Position numbers and translations under genes: made by a program. Shown piece by piece: positions 56,086 through 63,893 of a stretch of DNA of 64,000 nucleotides. Each line of letters starts with the position of its first letter. Positions within the stretch are counted from its first letter, which is position 1. Source of the stretch: a phage; the NCBI GenBank assembly GCA_020279385.1, contig GCA_020279385.1_4762.1. The stretch is one strand, 5' to 3'. Below the pieces are notes generated by a model that did no database searches, was not told where the DNA came from, and was given only the letters and a program-made list of their open reading frames with translations.

Positions 56086-56392
56086 CAAGTTTTCTTCTCT
56101 GTGAAATTCGTGCAATCTTCCTTTCATGATTTCGTTGGTTCTTGTCTTCACAGTTTACCCACTCAACAAGGTCTTTGCCTAACTCGAAAGCCCATTCTCG
56201 GTCCTGCTTTACGTTTTGTAGGTATGGACTTTCCGACACTCGACGAAGTGATCTTGTCGTAACAAGAATGATCCCAGGAATGTTCGGATGTTCCTTTCCA
56301 TATACAATAGGACGCGAGTCACTATCAATACCCTGTAAGAAGGTGTATCCTGAATCACTTAGGATCATATACATTTTCATTTCATCCATCAC
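56051..56392 (-). CDS. Hypothetical protein (113 aa)
   Basis: ORF on early strand. Confidence 0.5.
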   Translation of the reverse strand: MMDEMKMYMILSDSGYTFLQGIDSDSRPIVYGKEHPNIPGIILVTTRSLRRVSESPYLQNVKQDREWAFELGKDLVEWVNCEDKNQRNHERKIARISQRRKLDEIKNRILQSM

Positions 56393-56646
56393 AGTTTCCT
56401 CAACCAGTTATTAAAGCGAGTAAACCATGATGCTTTTCGTGCTTCTTTTACTTTATGTGCCCGCAAACCACTGAAACACCATTCATAATCATCACTGAAA
56501 CATGATTCAACAGGAACACCCGCATTTCGTAGTTCTCTGGTCTTTATCATGAATCCTTGACATAAGGGGCGACCTTCAACAATGATAGGAAGTTTAACTT
56601 TTTCCATGAAAGTATACCCAGCACGGTCAATAATTTCAATCTTCAT
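56389..56646 (-). CDS. Paralog family B member (85 aa)
   Basis: GYTFMEKVKLPIIVEGRP...AGVP motif shared with 56665 and 58115 genes. Confidence 0.55.
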   Translation of the reverse strand: MKIEIIDRAGYTFMEKVKLPIIVEGRPLCQGFMIKTRELRNAGVPVESCFSDDYEWCFSGLRAHKVKEARKASWFTRFNNWLRKL

Positions 56647-56664
56647 AATATAATCCTCAATTGA

Positions 56665-56868
56665 TTACACTTCCCAGGCTTCTTTGCTAAGAAAACACCA
56701 TTTATACTCAGGAGAATAACCTTTAATCGGTACTCCAGCTTTTTGTAATTCCTGCGTTTCAACAACATAATCATGCCCATACGGTCGGCCTTCCACGATG
56801 ATAGGAAGTTTAACACCTTTCATGAAAGAATATCCACCATCGTCAAAAATTTCAATTTTAATTTTCAT
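56665..56868 (-). CDS. Paralog family B member (67 aa)
   Basis: GYSFMKGVKLPIIVEGRP...AGVP motif. Confidence 0.55.
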   Translation of the reverse strand: MKIKIEIFDDGGYSFMKGVKLPIIVEGRPYGHDYVVETQELQKAGVPIKGYSPEYKWCFLSKEAWEV

Positions 56869-56891
56869 TTTACATTATCTCCATAGTTCTT

Positions 56892-57113
56892 TCAATCAAT
56901 ATCAATTTCACCAGCACGAACATCTAGGATAAGATGCGGTAGGTGTATGCAATTTTCCCAACCAATGCGCTTCATTTCTTCTACGGTAACGTAAGCCCAC
57001 CCGTTCGCTGTAATAAAGTCTACTTCAACCTTGAGAGGAAAGCAAGACTTTTCTATGTCTTCAAATCCGATAATGTGTTTTGTCGTTGAATATGGAATAT
57101 ATCCGGTGATCAT
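56892..57113 (-). CDS. Hypothetical protein (73 aa)
   Basis: ORF on early strand. Confidence 0.5.
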   Translation of the reverse strand: MITGYIPYSTTKHIIGFEDIEKSCFPLKVEVDFITANGWAYVTVEEMKRIGWENCIHLPHLILDVRAGEIDID

Positions 57114-57571
57114 TTTGTGATCTCCTTATACTCAACACACCATAAGCGGGTAGCCCATGATAAACGCTCATAACGCTGGCAGAAATTGGACCATAGATAT
57201 TGTGTACCGTCTTGCATGGTTGAAATATGCGTTTTCTCACCTAATTTCACGAAAGAAGTATTCGATTTTGTGATCTCGACCGGAGTATATCCGAAAGCGG
57301 GTTCCAACTCAACATCTGAACTAAATGCCAATTTAACAGAATTTGTTTTCCTGACCGCTGTCCGGTTTCCTTCTGGGTATAGCACAGCAGGTTTAGCGCC
57401 TAAGCGGATAAACTCAGTGTTTTTAATAAACAGAATATCATGATAACCGTCATATTCCGACACTTCCATAGTAACAGGAAAATCGATATGTGCTAAACCT
57501 GGTAGATCTCGCATATCATGAAATGTAGCCATCAACTTTTTCATCTTGTATTCCTCACTCTTCTGTTTCAT
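57110..57571 (-). CDS. Hypothetical protein (153 aa)
   Basis: ORF on early strand. Confidence 0.55.
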   Translation of the reverse strand: MKQKSEEYKMKKLMATFHDMRDLPGLAHIDFPVTMEVSEYDGYHDILFIKNTEFIRLGAKPAVLYPEGNRTAVRKTNSVKLAFSSDVELEPAFGYTPVEITKSNTSFVKLGEKTHISTMQDGTQYLWSNFCQRYERLSWATRLWCVEYKEITK

Positions 57572-57752
57572 TTCTTTTATATGGTACTATAACAGGATTA
57601 ATACAGCAAGCACCAATTACGTTATGAGCACCACAATTTAAGCATTTATAATCATGGAACTTATTAAGGAATCGCCCGAACTCATAACCGACTAACGCCG
57701 CGTGTACTTGAGTCTCGATCTCATCCATATCAGCCAATGTTTTAACCTTCAT
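57555..57752 (-). CDS. Small Cys-rich protein (65 aa)
   Basis: CLNCGAHNVIGACC motif; SD GAGGA before ATG at 57752. Confidence 0.5.
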   Translation of the reverse strand: MKVKTLADMDEIETQVHAALVGYEFGRFLNKFHDYKCLNCGAHNVIGACCINPVIVPYKRNETEE

Positions 57753-57762
57753 AATATAATCC

Positions 57763-58053
57763 TCAAATACTGGTTTTGCGAAGATGGTCATTACATGCTT
57801 TTAATGCATCAGTCGCGGTGTCATAGCGAGTATTATCATAGCACCAGTAACCATCTGTCAACTGATAAATTAATCCATCCTTTTTAGCGTCGATGAAAGA
57901 CAATTCTTTGAAAGTTTCTACTTTCTTTGCTGATACTCCACGGTCACGGCGTTTATAGAGTTTAGCTAAAATGCGTTCAGCTTGTTCCTCTTTATCGCCA
58001 GACAGATCTCAGATGATGTTTCTGATATGCTTGATTAATTGTTCAGTGGTCAT
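57763..58053 (-). pseudogene. Early ORF interrupted by in-frame TGA at codon 15 (pseudogene or read-through candidate)
   Basis: Promoter and SD AAGGAG intact; ATG...14 codons...TGA (58009-58011) then 81 further in-frame sense codons. Confidence 0.5.
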
Positions 58054-58083
58054 ATTTGATTCTCCTTAGTTGGTATGGTTATC

Positions 58084-58111
58084 ATTATACGGGGATTTCT
58101 CCCCGTGTCAA
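58084..58111 (-). promoter_or_regulatory. Early promoter with spacer palindrome (PeSL-like)
   Basis: rc TTGACA-CGGGGAGAAATCCCCG-TATAAT. Confidence 0.65.
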
Positions 58112-58114
58112 CAA

Positions 58115-58336
58115 TTAAATGATCTCTGCTTCACCGTTAAGGAAGAAAGACCATGTTTTGTTAGGATAACGAAGCGCCCACGATTCAGCAGTTTTAACAC
58201 CAGCTTCGAACAATTGACGGCTGGTTACTTTAGCCATACCATCTTCGATGGCAACGTTTTCAATAATCATCGGGTACTTAGCGCCACGCATGAAACCGAA
58301 GCCAGCGGAAGATTTGATAATTTTAACAGTTGCCAT
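58115..58336 (-). CDS. Paralog family B member (73 aa from ATG)
   Basis: GFGFMRGAKYPMIIEN...AGV motif; SD AGGAG. Confidence 0.55.
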   Translation of the reverse strand: MATVKIIKSSAGFGFMRGAKYPMIIENVAIEDGMAKVTSRQLFEAGVKTAESWALRYPNKTWSFFLNGEAEII

Positions 58337-58375
58337 TTTTGATTCTCCTAGAAAGTGTCGTGTTTCGATGGGTGT

Positions 58376-58404
58376 ATTATGCAATAACACCGGATCGCTG
58401 TCAA
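58376..58404 (-). promoter_or_regulatory. Early sigma70-type promoter
   Basis: rc TTGACA-17nt-CATAAT. Confidence 0.55.
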
Positions 58405-58423
58405 CACTTTCTAAGAAAAATTT

Positions 58424-58708
58424 TTAAACTAATCGAATATAACCAAGAATTTCAGCGCCTTTAGCCAGTCCTAAAACTTCCCATTCAAGGTCGCCGTAGT
58501 CATAATTTGCAACCATCAACTGACCATTTTTCATGCAGCAATCATGAGAGAAAATTTGCCCCGCATAAACTACGATAGTAATAAACTTTCCTGATTCTGG
58601 CGGTGTGGAAGACAAAGCGACCATATGACCATTCAGCTTAGTAACCAGTGATGGAACAATAAAATTCGGGCTTACCTTAATACCGTTAAATTCGTTTGTG
58701 TCTTTCAT
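58424..58708 (-). CDS. Hypothetical protein (94 aa)
   Basis: ORF on early strand. Confidence 0.5.
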   Translation of the reverse strand: MKDTNEFNGIKVSPNFIVPSLVTKLNGHMVALSSTPPESGKFITIVVYAGQIFSHDCCMKNGQLMVANYDYGDLEWEVLGLAKGAEILGYIRLV

Positions 58709-59055
58709 GCCAGACCTCGCAAAACACTAATAGCATAATCATGCTGGTTATTCATAATATCAATTGCATTGTGATAACGAGCTAAACCATCAAGGATAAA
58801 TTCTTGTTTATCCTGTTTCAGTTTGGTATCACGCGCAGCCATAAGAGCATCAAGAACAGGTCCAAAGTGATTATCTAATTCATCTTCGGTTGCAATGTTT
58901 CCTATTGCCTCGTCGATCCGTGATTCTAATGCTTGCTTTTCGTTGATCACTTGCTGGGTATATTCCAACACATCAAGAATATCGCGGGTAACGTCGCCAT
59001 GATAAGGTATTCCCGCATGAAGATGATCAATTAATCGCTGAATATCAATGTTCAT
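58705..59055 (-). CDS. Hypothetical protein (116 aa)
   Basis: ORF on early strand. Confidence 0.55.
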   Translation of the reverse strand: MNIDIQRLIDHLHAGIPYHGDVTRDILDVLEYTQQVINEKQALESRIDEAIGNIATEDELDNHFGPVLDALMAARDTKLKQDKQEFILDGLARYHNAIDIMNNQHDYAISVLRGLA

Positions 59056-59390
59056 TTGTAACCCTCCTCTGAAAGCACATCCCAGATCGTTGAGTCAAGA
59101 TGCATTAAATTCCACATAATAGAGTCATAACTACCGAAGCCAGAAGTAAAAATTACATCACACTGGCGATAGGTCTTATGAAAATCGGTGGCTGTCTCTG
59201 CATCAATCGGCATATCGTCACCTGAAAGCACCAGACATTTAAGAATCATAACTCTGTTAGCCGTTGGCGCTTGCTTAGTCTTTTCAGCATATTTTTCGAT
59301 GATCCGTTTTGCCTTTTCTTCTTTGATACGTCCAGACCAAATCCGGTTTCGGTATTGATTCATAATAATTTCAATCACATCATTTTGCAT
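59052..59390 (-). CDS. Hypothetical protein (112 aa)
   Basis: ORF on early strand. Confidence 0.55.
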   Translation of the reverse strand: MQNDVIEIIMNQYRNRIWSGRIKEEKAKRIIEKYAEKTKQAPTANRVMILKCLVLSGDDMPIDAETATDFHKTYRQCDVIFTSGFGSYDSIMWNLMHLDSTIWDVLSEEGYK

Positions 59391-59589
59391 TCTTCACGGT
59401 CTCCATAATGGTTTTGTAAGCCAGTTTAAGATGATCACCGAAAAACTTTGCGGTGTTACCCTTCGGATCGCGGAGCATGGTTTCTACGATCTCATCGGCA
59501 GTAACAATTTCTCCTTTCTTTGCTGAATGTTCTACCATATACTTCAAAGTTTCTTCGGAAGCAAGTGCTGCCGCTACTGGATTAATCAT
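59380..59589 (-). CDS. Hypothetical protein (69 aa)
   Basis: ORF on early strand. Confidence 0.5.
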   Translation of the reverse strand: MINPVAAALASEETLKYMVEHSAKKGEIVTADEIVETMLRDPKGNTAKFFGDHLKLAYKTIMETVKNAK

Positions 59590-59619
59590 TTTTGATTCTC
59601 CTTTGTTTTCGATGTGTGC

Positions 59620-59648
59620 ATTATGCTATACCCTATTCCGGTTGTCAA
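59620..59648 (-). promoter_or_regulatory. Early sigma70 promoter (part of repeated terminator-promoter module)
   Basis: rc TTGACA-17nt-CATAAT directly downstream of the terminator hairpin. Confidence 0.6.
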
Positions 59649-59652
59649 CACC

Positions 59653-59684
59653 TAAAAACGAAAAAGCCACCCTTTCGGATGGCT
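59653..59684 (-). terminator. Rho-independent terminator
   Basis: - strand RNA AGCCAUCC-GAAA-GGGUGGCU then UUUUUCGUUUUU; near-identical to the module at 46543-46574. Confidence 0.7.
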
Positions 59685-59917
59685 TTTGATTATATTTTAT
59701 TCACGTCCATTTGTATAGTAGTGTTTGAATCGACCTTTGCTAAACTAGTTAAACATAGTAACCAATTCACCATCCCTTTCCAATGATAACCCTTCCTCGT
59801 CTTAGACGGGTCTTCCGATTCGGCAGTAATTGAACACGCGAAAGTATGAGGAAGCCAAATAGTTGTGTTAATGCTAGTATTCTTTTACTTCTGGTATGCA
59901 TCCCACGGTGACTAACA

Positions 59918-60316
59918 TTAAGACAGTCGAGTGAGTTTATAAATTGTTTTAAAACATAGAGCTTTGATATCGTCTAAAACGCTCTGTAACGAGCTATCAA
60001 CATCATTATAAATCTCACTAGCCATTTGCGTTAACTCTTGCAAATAGGCAATTTCGCTAATCTCCTTGCGGACGACCAACGTTGGCTGATAACGACCAGT
60101 GATCCCAATATTGGTTTCAGTGAAATCATCAACCAATTCTTGCATTTCAAGATAGAACTCTTCTAGAGCCTTATGTTTTGCATAAGATCCAGGACCAGTT
60201 ACCCCAAAATGCGCAGAATGCATATAAGTAACACTCATCAGACATTCACCGATAAAGCGGTCAACTTTATTAGCTTTCCCCTCTTCGGACGTCTTTCGAA
60301 AATCACTGAATTTCAT
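59918..60316 (-). CDS. Hypothetical protein (132 aa)
   Basis: ORF on early strand. Confidence 0.55.
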   Translation of the reverse strand: MKFSDFRKTSEEGKANKVDRFIGECLMSVTYMHSAHFGVTGPGSYAKHKALEEFYLEMQELVDDFTETNIGITGRYQPTLVVRKEISEIAYLQELTQMASEIYNDVDSSLQSVLDDIKALCFKTIYKLTRLS

Positions 60317-60606
60317 GTTCTCGATTCTCCATATTTATGCAACATAACAAACTGTTGTGCGGCATATTCCCCCATAATAAAACACTGCTTAGAATCCATA
60401 CATTTACTACGAGCATACATCTTCATAATATGGGCATGAAATTTCTGGCTGGTTTCAATGGAAGGAGATATTTTGTTTACATATACTATCATTGCACCGT
60501 CGAAATAATCAGTAAAGTCACCAGTTGGATCATATTGATCAGCACTGACACTTCCGACCGCAGTCAAGCATATTGCCGCTGTTAGAGTTTTACGAATAAA
60601 TGACAT
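60313..60606 (-). CDS. Small secreted protein (97 aa) with signal peptide
   Basis: N-terminal MSFIRKTLTAAICLTAVGSVSA; preceded by a late-type promoter. Confidence 0.6.
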   Translation of the reverse strand: MSFIRKTLTAAICLTAVGSVSADQYDPTGDFTDYFDGAMIVYVNKISPSIETSQKFHAHIMKMYARSKCMDSKQCFIMGEYAAQQFVMLHKYGESRT

Positions 60607-60639
60607 AAGTCATTCCCCCAGATTAAAAATATTCAGTTA

Positions 60640-60647
60640 TATTTATA
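60640..60647 (-). promoter_or_regulatory. T4-type late promoter TATAAATA (- strand) within a 10-bp inverted repeat
   Basis: rc TATAAATA ~34 nt upstream of ATG at 60606; flanked by CCCCAGATTA/TAATCTGGGG inverted repeat. Confidence 0.5.
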
Positions 60648-60674
60648 ATCTGGGGCTTTATTTATGATTAACTC

Positions 60675-61271
60675 TTATTTGGTAGTACCGTCAATAAAAT
60701 GTTTACGGCACACAGAGACATATTTATCCTCTGCACCAACTTCTATTTGAGCACCATCGCGAATAACATTACCATCTTTATCTACGCGAAGGACCATAGT
60801 CGCTTTCTTGCCACAATGACAAATACCCTTCATTTCGACCAGTTTATCAGCAAATGCCATTAATGCCGCAGATCCTTCAAATAGATTGCCCTGAAAGTCA
60901 GTGCGAAGGCCATAGCACAGTACAGGGATATTTGCATCATCAACAAGCGCACACAAGCCTAAAACATGCTCTTTAGTCATAAATTGGGCTTCATCTACAA
61001 ATACTGCATCTGGACGCCAGCGATCCGTTCTACGCTTACCTAGTGATTCACGATAAACCAAGTCGAAAAGATCATCCGATTTAGTGAAGGTGATCGCTGG
61101 AGCACTTAGACCAATTCGGGAAACGACTTCACTTTCTGAATCTCGATTATCAATCGCTGGCTTAAGAATTAATACTCGCATATCACGTTCGGTATAGTTA
61201 TAAGCACTTTGTAACAGAGAAGTTGATTTGCCAGCGTTCATAGATGCATAGTAGAAATATAATTGCGCCAT
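60675..61271 (-). CDS. tk: Thymidine kinase
   Basis: Walker A YASMNAGKST; zinc-binding cysteines near C-terminus; ~198 aa. Confidence 0.9.
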   Translation of the reverse strand: MAQLYFYYASMNAGKSTSLLQSAYNYTERDMRVLILKPAIDNRDSESEVVSRIGLSAPAITFTKSDDLFDLVYRESLGKRRTDRWRPDAVFVDEAQFMTKEHVLGLCALVDDANIPVLCYGLRTDFQGNLFEGSAALMAFADKLVEMKGICHCGKKATMVLRVDKDGNVIRDGAQIEVGAEDKYVSVCRKHFIDGTTK

Positions 61272-61564
61272 TAATTAATCTCCAAAAATCCAACAAGACC
61301 TAAACCGATATAAGTCCAGATACCAATAAAAAAGATGTTAATGCTCATGGCAAGGATAAACCCTTTCAGAGTTTTGGGATACCCGACCCAATATTCCCGA
61401 CCATCTTCTAACCGGATCAACTTATTTCCTTGCGAGTCCATATCAACCACAACATGTTTATTTCGAGATTGCAATAGATATTGTTTTACAATCTCTACAC
61501 CCGCCATAATAACAATAACGAAAATAAAAGTCCACACAACAAGATTAATGATAGTCTCAAGCAT
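61271..61564 (-). CDS. Small membrane protein (97 aa)
   Basis: Two hydrophobic helices; coupled to tk. Confidence 0.55.
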   Translation of the reverse strand: MLETIINLVVWTFIFVIVIMAGVEIVKQYLLQSRNKHVVVDMDSQGNKLIRLEDGREYWVGYPKTLKGFILAMSINIFFIGIWTYIGLGLVGFLEIN

Positions 61565-61799
61565 TTTCTATCACCTCCACCCAATCAGGTGTTTCCTGAA
61601 AGACTCCTTCACCTTCATGATGGTCGCAACCTTTATTGCTGCAATACATCCACCAATCCCACATTCCCCACGGTAAACGCTGCATATCGTCGTTACAGCA
61701 AGTGAAGATGATAGGCCAACCACATCTAACACATCGGCAGTTTTCCTTCATGTGAGCGGTATTAGACTTCTTCATAGATGACTCCAATATAATCGACAT
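61557..61799 (-). CDS. Hypothetical Cys-rich protein (80 aa)
   Basis: ORF on early strand. Confidence 0.5.
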   Translation of the reverse strand: MSIILESSMKKSNTAHMKENCRCVRCGWPIIFTCCNDDMQRLPWGMWDWWMYCSNKGCDHHEGEGVFQETPDWVEVIENA

Positions 61800-62002
61800 T
61801 TACATTTAGGACAATGCGGTTCTTTAATATAATACCCGTCTGTCTTTGGAACACTAACAGGAGCGGTTTTTATATTGTATTCAGTGAAACAACGAAAACA
61901 AGTTACGTTTTCTACAGACTGACGTTTCACCCAATCACCGGAATATAGATCATTTTTATTTGTCATATTCAACCACCACAATGTTAATGTCTGGAGTAGC
62001 AA
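61772..62002 (-). CDS. Hypothetical Cys-rich protein (76 aa)
   Basis: ORF on early strand. Confidence 0.5.
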   Translation of the reverse strand: MLLQTLTLWWLNMTNKNDLYSGDWVKRQSVENVTCFRCFTEYNIKTAPVSVPKTDGYYIKEPHCPKCKCRLYWSHL

Positions 62003-62411
62003 TATTAATGATCTCTTCTACACATTCCCACTCAAGGCCACCGATACCGCAACCGATTTTAGGAATATAGAAAGGCTGTATAGCACCTTCAAAAACATCA
62101 TTGATAGTCTCAAATCCTTTCAGGATAGCACCATATTCAGCATTTGGACCCGGTCGGAATTGGGTATATAGATTCACCCCGCACCAGTTATAACCATTAA
62201 CTTGATGCGTCCAGACACTAAACCCACCCAGCTTTTCTACCTTACCGCGAGAAGTTTGCTTGTCAATCTCTAACGCTTGCGGGAACTCTTTCGCGATCTT
62301 TGCAGCAATACCAGCACCCATAGTATGAAAACAATTACAACCATGAATTAAATGACCGTTTCCTTGTTTAAACAGGGCGATGAGATCGCCCTTTACAGTA
62401 TCAATAATCAT
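61956..62411 (-). CDS. Macro-like domain protein (ADP-ribose binding/processing family, tentative)
   Basis: Motif LIHGCNCFHTMGAGIAAKIAKEFP resembles macro-like (Macro_2-type) domains; 151 aa. Confidence 0.55.
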   Translation of the reverse strand: MIIDTVKGDLIALFKQGNGHLIHGCNCFHTMGAGIAAKIAKEFPQALEIDKQTSRGKVEKLGGFSVWTHQVNGYNWCGVNLYTQFRPGPNAEYGAILKGFETINDVFEGAIQPFYIPKIGCGIGGLEWECVEEIINIATPDINIVVVEYDK

Positions 62412-62426
62412 AATATAAACCTCTCA

Positions 62427-62786
62427 TTAGTCACGGGAAGACAACCCAGCCATAAAACGGCTTAACAGTGTGTCGCGATAAGCAAAGCATAATTGCTTAT
62501 CAGGGGCAGTATCACAAAGGTTGCGTTTTGTTTTAGCAAAGCTGGCAATACTCAGATCCCATGCTCGATTTTTTCGTTTTTCGTCTCGACCTTGTTTGTA
62601 TGCTTCGTCAAGTTCGAGCGCGATAAAATCGCTACACATGTTATCATCATCACAGAAGGTTTTAATGATCTTTTTGTTGATCTCAAATCCTTTGTATTCG
62701 AACTTTGGATAAGGGCGCTCATTACTAGCAAGCGCACCAGCAGAGAACATCATAGCAATCATAGCAATTATTGTCAACTTTTTCAT
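62427..62786 (-). CDS. Secreted small protein (119 aa) with signal peptide
   Basis: N-terminal MKKLTIIAMIAMMFSAGALA; several Cys. Confidence 0.6.
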   Translation of the reverse strand: MKKLTIIAMIAMMFSAGALASNERPYPKFEYKGFEINKKIIKTFCDDDNMCSDFIALELDEAYKQGRDEKRKNRAWDLSIASFAKTKRNLCDTAPDKQLCFAYRDTLLSRFMAGLSSRD

Positions 62787-62793
62787 ATATTCC

Positions 62794-63384
62794 TCAATAG
62801 CGTTTAGTTTTAAGAATGCCTTTACTCTTTAGATGGTTAGCCTTTTTTAGTACGTCATCAGCATAACCTAAACCGGCTTTATAGTTCCACCCAGCATTGT
62901 AAGAAGCTAGCGCGAGTCGGATATTACCGTTTCGAACATCCAGCCAGTATGCTAACTCATCCATCGCGTAGAATGCAGAAACCTCGCGATTCATGATAAA
63001 GTTGATAGTCTGGCGATCACTCATTTTAACACCGCGCTTTGCATTTTTCGCTTTCACCGTTTTAAGGTAATTTTGAAATAATCCATAAGCATGATGATTT
63101 TTCTTTGGTGCTAAGTTTGCACCCGCGCTTGATTCTTGCCATGCGATACCCGCCAGGATGTGACCTAAACCCTTTCCGTTATAGCGAATATTCGGATGGT
63201 ACTTTTTCAACTTACCGCTTTTCTCGAATTGCTCGCCGTATTGATAGGCGAAATGTAAATTATCTAGTTGGTGTGCTGTAAAGTTGTCTATCGGCGCTTT
63301 TTTGATCGGTGCGCTAGTCGATGCGTGTGTAGCACCAACGGCTAGTGACAGACTCAATAATATCGCTTTTAGAACTTTTAACAT
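62794..63384 (-). CDS. Secreted lytic transglycosylase (SLT domain)
   Basis: Signal peptide MLKVLKAILLSLSLAVGATHA; SLT motifs (AWQESS, GLFQ, SYNAG); SD AGGAG. Confidence 0.7.
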   Translation of the reverse strand: MLKVLKAILLSLSLAVGATHASTSAPIKKAPIDNFTAHQLDNLHFAYQYGEQFEKSGKLKKYHPNIRYNGKGLGHILAGIAWQESSAGANLAPKKNHHAYGLFQNYLKTVKAKNAKRGVKMSDRQTINFIMNREVSAFYAMDELAYWLDVRNGNIRLALASYNAGWNYKAGLGYADDVLKKANHLKSKGILKTKRY

Positions 63385-63418
63385 TAATTTCTCCTGTTTG
63401 GCTTAACTTTCTGATTCC

Positions 63419-63447
63419 ATAATATAGCCAGATCACCAGAAAGTCAA
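63419..63447 (-). promoter_or_regulatory. Early sigma70-type promoter upstream of the SLT gene
   Basis: rc TTGACT-17nt-TATTAT. Confidence 0.5.
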
Positions 63448-63470
63448 GCATTATTTTTAACCAATTTCCA

Positions 63471-63893
63471 TTATTGGTCTACCTTCAAAACAACCGCCGA
63501 CATTTTACCCGCCAGTCGTTTTGGATTCTCTATAATCATTCGGCAGCATAGACCGTGATATGGCTTACCCTCTTCGATTAGATCTACTGTCATCCCGATC
63601 CACATGTTACCGTCAGTAATTTCTAATCGATTCGGTCGGTCTTCCATTTTCAGGAAGTCGAAGATCTCCGGCAAACGAGTTTCTATCTTATTGAATAGTT
63701 CCATTGTCTTATGTTCATCAATATGACGATCGGTTAGACGGTCGATCATATGCGGACTAAAGCGAATGAAAATATACTCACCGTAACCATCATTCAAGCA
63801 CTTTTCTTTGATCTGCGCATTGGTTTTGCGCATTTCGGTTTCGAAGAATCTACGCAGCTTACTACGGCGAACATGTACGTTAATTGTTTCCAT
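63471..63893 (-). CDS. regB: Endoribonuclease RegB
   Basis: Strong identity blocks to T4 RegB (RRSKLRRFFE, RLEITDGNMW, CRMIIENPKRL.GK); start at internal ATG. Confidence 0.9.
   Translation of the reverse strand: METINVHVRRSKLRRFFETEMRKTNAQIKEKCLNDGYGEYIFIRFSPHMIDRLTDRHIDEHKTMELFNKIETRLPEIFDFLKMEDRPNRLEITDGNMWIGMTVDLIEEGKPYHGLCCRMIIENPKRLAGKMSAVVLKVDQ

Noticed and set aside
6518-59648. Many short repeated palindromic elements at regular intervals, superficially like a CRISPR array
   Set aside because: The repeats are not identical direct repeats with uniform spacers; each lies upstream of a gene and matches sigma70 -35/-10 geometry. They are promoter/stem-loop cassettes, not CRISPR.
59700-59770. 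tRNA-like T-loop sequence (TTGAATCG / TCGATTCAAA) in the non-coding gap
   Set aside because: No flanking complementary T-stem, acceptor stem or anticodon arm could be built; probably a chance match.
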